Source: Octopus sinensis | Taxonomy: Eukaryota | Assembly: GCF_006345805.1 (NCBI RefSeq) | Contig: NC_042999.1 | Span: forward strand, 91,884,001 to 91,948,000 | Direction: 5' to 3' | Length of the DNA: 64,000 bases | Part shown: one piece after another, positions 55,454-64,000 of the stretch | Layout: the number at the start of each line of letters is the position of its first letter | Position numbering within the stretch: position 1 is the first letter of the stretch | Made by a program: the position numbers and the translations under genes | The notes under the pieces: model-generated | Database searches by the model: none | Seen by the model: the letters and a program-made list of their open reading frames with translations, nothing else | What the model was told of the DNA's origin: nothing

Positions 55454-56306
55454 GTCTCGTATTTCCCCTGGAAAAACGCATTTAAAAAAAAAAAACTTTT
55501 TCGGCTTCCTATGTTTTTGATGTCAGAGATTATGCAAAAAAAAAAAAAATTACTTCCCCCAGACACCTCTTCCGTCCGCTTAAAATTTTGAACTGCTTAG
55601 AAATTTTATTTTCCTATGTTTTAGATGACGGAGATTCCCCAATATGCAAGAAACCACGTTTTCAAAATTTTAAATTGAATAAGCATGCAGATATGTATAT
55701 AAAGAGATAGATAGATATGACTGTCTTCCAGGGATTAACAACTTCTTCTATACGACCGCCACATTTCGTTGACAAATATCTTTTATGAATAAACGGACAG
55801 GGATAAATAGATAGAGAGATAAATAAATAAATAAATAGATAAATAAATAAATAAATAGATAAATAAATGGATGAGAAAGCTCAAAATGTATAGTTGGAGA
55901 AGGGGGTGAAATCTGAACACCTTATTAAACTTTTTAACATTAATTATTAAGCATTAATGTTTGTTTCTCATAAAATGGTGTATATTTAATTTACATTAAA
56001 TGAATATTTACGATTATTTAAGGCAAACACAAGTAAAACGCTAATTCTTTTTACTTAAATGTTTTTGTCTGTATTTAATTTCGATTTGAATATGTTCGTC
56101 AATTCGATACAATGTCTTCAAAGTGAAAAAAAAAATCAAAAATTTCAATTAAGGTGGGAATAGGAAGAAGCGGGGTGAGGTGAAATATTAAAGAAAATTT
56201 TGACATATTCGTAGTAATCTTCAACATTTAAAGCATCAGAGACCGAAAAGTTTTTTTGTTTTAAAAATGCATTTTTCAAGGAGAGGTGCGAAACCGCGTT
56301 AGCCCC
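55454..56306. mobile_element. Non-autonomous DNA element (MITE) with long imperfect TIRs
   Basis: Left GTCTCGTATTTCCCCTGGAAAAACGCATTT..CTTTTCGG versus reverse complement of the right end GTTTCGCACCTCTCCTTGAAAAATGCATTT..CTTTTCGG. Similarity extends roughly 150 bp. The right end is CCCC followed by TTA. Confidence 0.7.
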
Positions 56307-58674
56307 TTATATTCATTTACACACACACACACATACACACACACATATACATACATGTCAACATATATATATATATACATATATTTAGAGACAGATATAC
56401 TTCCATGTGTGTGCATATACATACAAACACAAAGGCATACGCACATACACACGCACGCACACACACACACAAGTTTACATATATATATATACAGAGAGAG
56501 AGAGAGAAGAGACCTCCCGCGCAGACACACTGTCATACACACACATACATACGTACATCATATTCACTTGTAGTTCTTTAAATAGTGGTTCACATAGATT
56601 AACAGATACACTGTGCTATTTAGGTATCTCTTGCTATCGTCTGCGTAACCATGCATATATTTCTGAAAATAAGAGATTCGTCTTCAAGCAAAGTAGAACT
56701 CTTTGTTTACCTACCACATCTCGCGCACAAACCCGGAAGTCACGCATTGTAATACATGTGAGGATCAAAACTGAATTTACACTCAGACACACATAGACAA
56801 ACACACACACAGTTACACACACACAGACGCACACACACACACTCACACACACACACTCATACACACACGCGCACACAGAGAGACATGTATGGATGAATCA
56901 GATGGATACTAACAGATAGGATATCATCAGCTAATAGATAACACTGCAATTTTTATTTACAATATCACACAAAACAAGATTAACCACGACGGCCTTGTAG
57001 ATAGCATATTGCAGCACCAAAATAAATGTACTGATTCGACCAACCCCTAATAATAAACCAAGAAAGCCTACTGGGTATGAAAAACGTACTTGGAGTTAGA
57101 ATGATACATCCATACGCACATACATACATACATACATAGATACATACATACATACATACATACATACATACAAAGATCCATCCACCCATCCATCCATCCA
57201 TCCATCCATCCATACATACATACATACATACATACATACATACATACATACATACATACATACATACGAACGTGTAAAAAGTATGAGATACAGTCAACTG
57301 TGTACTAAAGTGAAAAGCATATCCACGACAGAAAAGCAAGATATGAATGAACACAACCGTTTATATGTACACTTATCAAACATTTCAGATGACAACAAAA
57401 CGCTAACACCCGTCTAAACTGAAACACAAGAGCCTTTTTCCCTTGGCTAGTGACCAGTTCAACTTTTCTGAATGGAAAAAATATATAACTTAAGTAAATA
57501 AAAAGATGTATAATAAAATAGAAGCAATTGTTAGCGAATTAGACAGCTCATTATATGAAGTATATTAAACAATTGGAATACAAAAACGTATATATGTATA
57601 CATATAAAAAGGTCTAATTTACACAGAGTACAAATAACATAGAGAATCAAAGGGGGAGAAGAGTACTACAAATCAAACAGCTGTTTCTGGGGGCTGAGCT
57701 GTCCATAATAATGTTTCTAGATTGATTCCATCATATGTATGTGTCCTTTTGACAGGTCCTGTTTTTAGTCTTGTTGGGTTTCTAGCAACCTTACTCACCA
57801 GACAAGCCTAGTGGGGATGCCGGTCTAGTCACCGACGACCTGTCCAAAAGAGGGGATGAATCTACTGTAGTTACAACGAATATCTAACAATAGCGTGGGA
57901 CCTCAGAAATTCCGTGATAGGATCCGGCGTGCTTGAAGATCACAGGGAGTGAGGCACCCCTCAGCTTTTGTTAAAACACGTCTCTAAAAGAAGGTCACTC
58001 TAATATAAAGCCAGATATGCAGGGAATGGCGTTGAGCATTTTGGTGATCTTTTGTTTATACTTGAGATCATGGTGCTCTCACACTTCTGAGTCTGTGACC
58101 CATATTGGCACTGGATATCTTGCACCGGCTTATCTCTGGATCATGTCAATGGGGTGCAGAGGGTCTGTTATGCAAGCCTTATTGTACCTGAAATGGGGCG
58201 ACTTTCCGATACCCGGTCTCTTACGGGGCGCTGCGGAGTGCACGGAAGCCATGGCTGTAAAACCGGGTGAAGCCAAACGCGGGTGCAATACTACTTAGAA
58301 TTGCTGACAGTTTGCATGCGAGTTTATCAGTGATGGTCTTCCTCGATCACGAGTGGTCAGCCATCACCTTCTATGTCTGTCTGTCTGTATGTATGTATGT
58401 ATGTATGTATGTATGTATGTATGTATGTATGTATGTATGTATCAAAGTGAGTATTTCTGCTTTTCTCTCCACTCGCGCCTGATAGCCGATGTAGGGGTTT
58501 GTTTTTATGTCCCCTTAACATAGTGGTTCGTTAAAAAATTCTAGCACAATAAGTATCAGGCTTAGAATAAGCACCGAGTCGATTTGTCCACCTAAACTTT
58601 TCAAAGCAGTGCCCCTGCACGGCCGGCATCCAACGACTGAAGCAACTAAAACATAAAACTCTTGCGTATATGTA

Positions 58675-58721
<47 letters not shown>

Positions 58722-59037
58722 GTGTGTGCGTGTGTGTGTGTCTGTGTGTGCGTGTGTGTGTCTGTGTAAATATATATGTATACATATAAATATATATAAA
58801 GAGAGACAGAAGGACAGACATACAGACAGACAGGCTGACAAAGAGCAGACGAAAAGATAGATAAATAAATTATTGAGAAGTAACGGTGGTACGTTTCCTT
58901 TTTTATTTAAAGATATAGTAAGTCAGGAATTTTCTAAAGACGTGATAAATTTTTTTTTTCGTATGTGTGTGTGTGTGTATGTATGTATGTAAGTATGTAT
59001 GTATATGTATATATATGTATATATATATATATATATA

Positions 59038-59069
<32 letters not shown>

Positions 59070-60510
59070 ATGTTTGTTTGCACATGTGTGTGTATACCAG
59101 TGCAAAGCACTTCTCAAATCAGTGACATGCATATATTCATTAAAAAATACATAAGAAGAAAATAAATAAATAAATAAAAATAATGTACATCGCACAGTCT
59201 TTTCCCTCCCCCTCTATAATTTTACAATTTTTATTGAGAATGATGCGTAGGTAGAAACAGTAGTTAACGTGACTAAATGTCTCACAGTGTTACCCTGTCT
59301 GTCGAGTTGATCTTTTGGACTCATATAAATGAGGTTCTGAATTAAATCGTTTTGACTCAAATAATGTATTTCGTATTCATACATTTGTACATATTTAAAT
59401 AAGTACAAACGTCCCTGAATCTTTCTGTGTTAGTAATTCTACACGACCTTGGAAAAAAAAACTTTGGTCGTCTTATTGTAGTCGAGGGCTCTTCGTTGAC
59501 GCCTGACATCACTGGGAGGTGGCTCTCGAAGTCGCTGGAAATGGAGATCTCCAGGTCCAAATTCTTGGACGGCACACAGTGGTGCTGGAAGTATCGGTTG
59601 GTTCGTATTGTGAGCAATGCTTTTTTTCTCGACCCCTTTAATGTAGATTATTTAGAGAGACAGATAGAGATACAGAGAGAGGGGTATACAGAAGGAGAGA
59701 GAGAAAAAGAGAGGGAAAAGCAGGGAGTGAGTGAGAGGAAGAGAGAGACGGAGAGTGGGGAGAGAGGGAAAGAAAGCTGGAGGAAGAGAGGGACCGAGAG
59801 AGTGCGTGCGTGGAATAGTGACCTAAGTAGAACATTACTTATAGAGCTGGGGCGGTTGAATCTTAAGGATGACCTAGGTGTGAACCGAACTGTGATACAG
59901 AAAACATATACCAGTGCCGCAAAGTATTCTATCGGATGCTCAAACGATTTTGATGATTCATCGCTATTCAGTGTTTCTTATGTCGACCAACTAAATAACG
60001 CTGGAGTGTTTTGTCTTTCCCACCGTAGTTCCTCTGAGCCACATTAAAAAATTACTATTACCTAATAACTGTGAACAAATGTGTTTTTAAAATCAATTTT
60101 GTCTACGTCTATTTGCATAAAATATTAATCAGAGAAATGTCTCATTAACGTCTTTCAGTTTCTGTATGTATGTATGTATGTATGTATGTATGTATGTATG
60201 TATGTATGTATGTATGTATGTATGTATGTATGTATGTATGTATGTATGTATGTATGTATGTATGTATGTTCTCTTCCGCCTTTAATTATTTATATTCTTC
60301 CTCCGCAAAAACAACGTTACAGTTTAAACTTAAGAAAAGTTTTGAATACTTTTACTGTTTCACTTATAGACTCTATTTGCAATGTGGGAATTAGTTTGTT
60401 GATTTTTCTTTCCTTTTTTTTTTTGTGAAAATTGCAACCTATCCAGATTGTCATTTAGACATTTACTCAAAAACCAAGATTACCAATTATTATTATTATA
60501 AATGAGAATA

Positions 60511-61086
60511 AGGCGGCGAGCTGACAGAAACGTTAGCATGTCGGGCGAAATGCTTTGCTGTATTTCGTCTGCCGTTACGTTGTGAGTTCAAATTCCGCCG
60601 AGGTCGACTTTGCCTTTCATCCTTTCGCGGTCGATAAATTAAGTACCAGTTACGCACTGGGGTCGATGTAATCGACTTAATACCTATGTCTGTCCTTGTT
60701 TGTCCCTTCTATGTTTAGCCCCTTGTGAGTAATAAAGAAATAGGTATTTCGTCTGCAGCTACGTTCCGAGTTTAAATTCCGCCGAGGTCGACTTTGCCTT
60801 TCATCCTTTTGGGGTCGATTAAATAAGTACCAGTTACGCACAGGGGTCGATATAATCGACTTAATCCGTTTGTCTGTCCTTGTTTGTCCTTTCTGTGTTT
60901 AGCCCCTTGTGGGTAGTAAAGAAATAGGTATTTCGCTCGTCTCTACGTTCTAAGTTCAAATGCCGCTGAAGCCGACTTTGCCTTTCATCCTTTCGGGGAC
61001 GATAAAATAAGTACCAGTTGAACACTGTAATCGACTCAACCCACCTCCCACTAGCTGCCCATGTGACAAAAATTTGAAATAATTAC
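60511..61086 (+). mobile_element. SINE-A trimer (head-body-tailII-body-tailII-body-tailI)
   Basis: Junctions AAGAAATA|GGTATTTC at 60742/60743 and 60926/60927 (184-bp period). TSD TATAAATGAGAAT at 60497-60509 and 61087-61099. Confidence 0.93.
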
Positions 61087-62221
61087 TATAAATGAGAATT
61101 CATCATCTGGATATAGAAGCTGGAGGTTTCGAAGAAGTTGCTAATATTTATTCTGTTTCTATTTGATTTTCAATGAGATATTCATATCAACATGACAACT
61201 GATCTCTATGGCGGTGCATACTTTTTCTTCTCTTTCCCAAACAACAGTATCCGGCCTATCATATTTACACTTGACAGATATATTTATATATAAATATATA
61301 TGTATGTGTGTACGTAAGTATGCCTACCTACACACCCATACACACCTATATATACATACACACACGCGCGAACACACATACAACAGACAGACACACACAC
61401 ACACACACACGCACAGTCTGGATTTCTTTCTGGTCTTATGTTATGATTTTAATCTCTGTAGTAATGAGTGTGGAACTGTTCATTTCGCGTTACACTTATG
61501 AAGTCCAGTTACGCATCACCAAGATGATCCCTTTACTCGACTTTCTGATTTCTAGTGAACTCGGAAAACTAAGAAAATATGCATCAGCCATTATTTGAAT
61601 ATTACACTCTACTGTAGGACTATCGTCCGAAACTCCATTTTACTTTCTTCATCGCAACAGTACATGGTGGCAACCAGTGAAATTTTCTGTACATATTACA
61701 AAACCATTTTCTGATAACTACACAATACTGTTTTCTTTATTTGCATACTTTTAACTCTGGGCTCCAGACCAAGCACAATAGTCTATTCAATAAGATATGT
61801 ATAGGCTAAGTATCGCCGAATGGCTTTTGGGTAAATCCTATTTTATATAGCCTCGGATCTGCCCATATCTTGTGAGTGAAATTAGGCGAGCGCAACTTGA
61901 ATAGAAGCTCGTCTGGTGGATTATACCAGTAATTCGTCAACGAGCAGTTTTGTCAAAATACTGTGTCACGCTGGTTCTGCCTGGGAATTACATTTAGGGA
62001 ATACTCAGCCACTAATACGTTAATCCAAGAGCAGGCATTTCATTAAGTCGAACAACTGAATCTTTATCGTCGAGCGATGGAAAAATAACATATATCAGAC
62101 TACTTTATGTACTTGTGATATATGGTACATACATTGTAAGGTGAATGCAAATTCACCCTACTATACAATGTCACACATTTTGAATTTTAAATTAGACAGA
62201 AGAGTACCCAAAGCAAATATT

Positions 62222-62839
62222 CTTTTCTGCTCAAGGCACAAGGACCGAAATTTTGGGGGAGGGGGCCAGTTGATTAGATCGACCTCAGTACGCAACTGGT
62301 ACTTAAGTTATCGATCCCGAAAGGATGAAAGGTAAAGTCGACCTCGGCGGTATTTGAACTCAGACCGTAAAAACAGATGAAATACCTATTTCTTTATTAC
62401 CCACAAGGGGCTAAACACAGAGGGGACAAACAAGGACAGACATAGGTATTAAGTCGATTACATCGACCCCAGTGCGTAACTGGTACTTAATTTATCGACC
62501 CCGAAAGGATGAAAGGTAAAGTCGACCTCAGCGGTATTTGAACTCAGACCGTAAAAACAGATGAAATACCGCTAAGCTTTTCGCCCGGCGCGCTAACGTT
62601 TCTTATTTCTTTACTACCCACAAGGGGCTAAACACAGAGAGAACAAACAAGGACAGACAAAGGGATTAAGTCGATTATATCGACCCCAGTGCGTAACTGG
62701 TACTTGTTTAATCGACCCCGAAAGGGTGAAAGGCAAAGTCGAACTCGGCGGAATTTGAACACAGAAAGTAGCAGCAGATGCAATACCGCTAGGCATTTCG
62801 CCCGGCATGCTAACGTTTCTGCCAGCTCACCGCCTTACT
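62222..62839 (-). mobile_element. SINE-A trimer
   Basis: TSD CAAAGCAAATATT at 62209-62221 and 62840-62852. Internal junctions at 62386/62387 and 62602/62603. Confidence 0.93.
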
Positions 62840-63416
62840 CAAAGCAAATATTATCATTAACAAAGAAAAAAGAAGAGAAAGAGTAAATCATCTACTTTAG
62901 CAATCACTGTATTTGCAAAGGTCAGATATTAGGGCACTTACAGAAGAACATTAACTAATATTGACACGAAATACTCAAAACATGCACCATACTATTTTAA
63001 TTATAATTGCTAATTTAAAGCTTTCCGGTGTGTTAAATGGAATTCCATAAAAAGCCGAAAAAAAGGTCTTTATTGAAAAATATTTCTCAATATCACGTGA
63101 TACTATCCAATAAGCAGCCAACAGTTAATGGCATCGATTCTCAATAGACACTCAAACGATAGACTAAACATCGGCCCTCTAGCGATACTGCTTCTAGTCT
63201 AATAAAAAGCAATTACAGATTCTCGAAGTCAATGTATCAAATGTAGCATGGAATTGATAAGGGAGTTAAAATCATTTGAAGTTTTCAACTTTATAACCTC
63301 CTCTCTCACTCTCCCTCTTTTTTTTATCTCTCTCTCTCTCTCCCTCTTTGACTCACTCACTCACTTCCCACTCTTTTCCTTTTACACACCCACACAGACA
63401 GATACAATGACACTCA

Positions 63417-63467
<51 letters not shown>

Positions 63468-63977
63468 CATATGCATGTATGTATGTATGTATGTATGCAT
63501 GTATGCATGTATGCATGTACGCATGTATGTATGTATGTGCACGGGCACGCACACACACAAATACATACACATTCACATAAACACATACACAAACATTCTC
63601 ACCTATAATTTGTTTATTTCACTTTCTCCAGGTTTGCCTAAATACCTACACTTGTACAAACCATCCCTCACGAAATGCGTGATATTTTCTATATATCACT
63701 CTAGCGCTTTCCCCTCTTCACTTCACAATATTCGTTTTATCTCGTGTTAAAATAATTTTTATGGAAGTATGACCACAGTATCTGGTGGTGACACGCAATA
63801 TTTCGCGTCATTGAGAGAGAAAATATGAATATCATATTTAGCTAGCTAACCAGATAGAGAAATGTATGCGAATATACATACGTGAATACATCCCGAAACA
63901 GAGAGAGAGAGAGGAGGAGGAACTGCAGTATCTCAAAGAACGAACGAATACATGTGTATGCTTCTTCCTATTTATTG

Positions 63978-64000
63978 AGGCGGCGAGCTGGCAGAAACGT
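63978..64000 (+). mobile_element. Start of a SINE-A head (cut by the window end)
   Basis: GGCGGCGAGCTGGCAGAAACGT. Confidence 0.85.

Noticed and set aside
56718-56745. ETS-type CCGGAAGT with nearby TCTCGCG as a promoter
   Set aside because: An isolated short motif with no CpG island or downstream exon; expected by chance in 64 kb.
60743-61010. Regularly spaced repeats as a CRISPR-like array
   Set aside because: The whole 184-bp unit repeats with no unique spacers; it is SINE sequence in a eukaryotic context with no cas genes.

Overview
AT-rich, microsatellite-saturated eukaryotic non-coding DNA. The repeat landscape (very dense TA/GATA/AAT/TATG microsatellites and several tRNA-headed SINE families) looks like a coleoid cephalopod, probably Octopus; this is inferred from pattern recognition, not a database search. 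I found no host protein-coding exon, RNA gene or CRISPR array that I can support. Nearly all supplied ORFs are microsatellite read-throughs or transposon debris. Recognisable content: a full-length but disrupted Tc1 element, a mariner remnant and a mariner MITE, a long-TIR MITE, and fragments of at least five non-LTR groups (Tx1/L1, R4/Dong, Hero, RTE, CR1-group) plus probable Penelope-type termini. There are also many SINE copies (labelled A, B, D, E, F for this report only) and a 2.14-kb tandem duplication that may be an assembly artefact. The most unusual signal is SINE-A multimers. A ~184-bp internal unit is repeated at an identical junction (AAGAAATA|GGTATTTC) at three loci, two of the multimers sit inside a single target-site duplication, and in one of them adjacent units share non-consensus variants. 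This suggests repeated self-targeted or template-switching amplification. Different element classes also appear to occupy different microsatellites.
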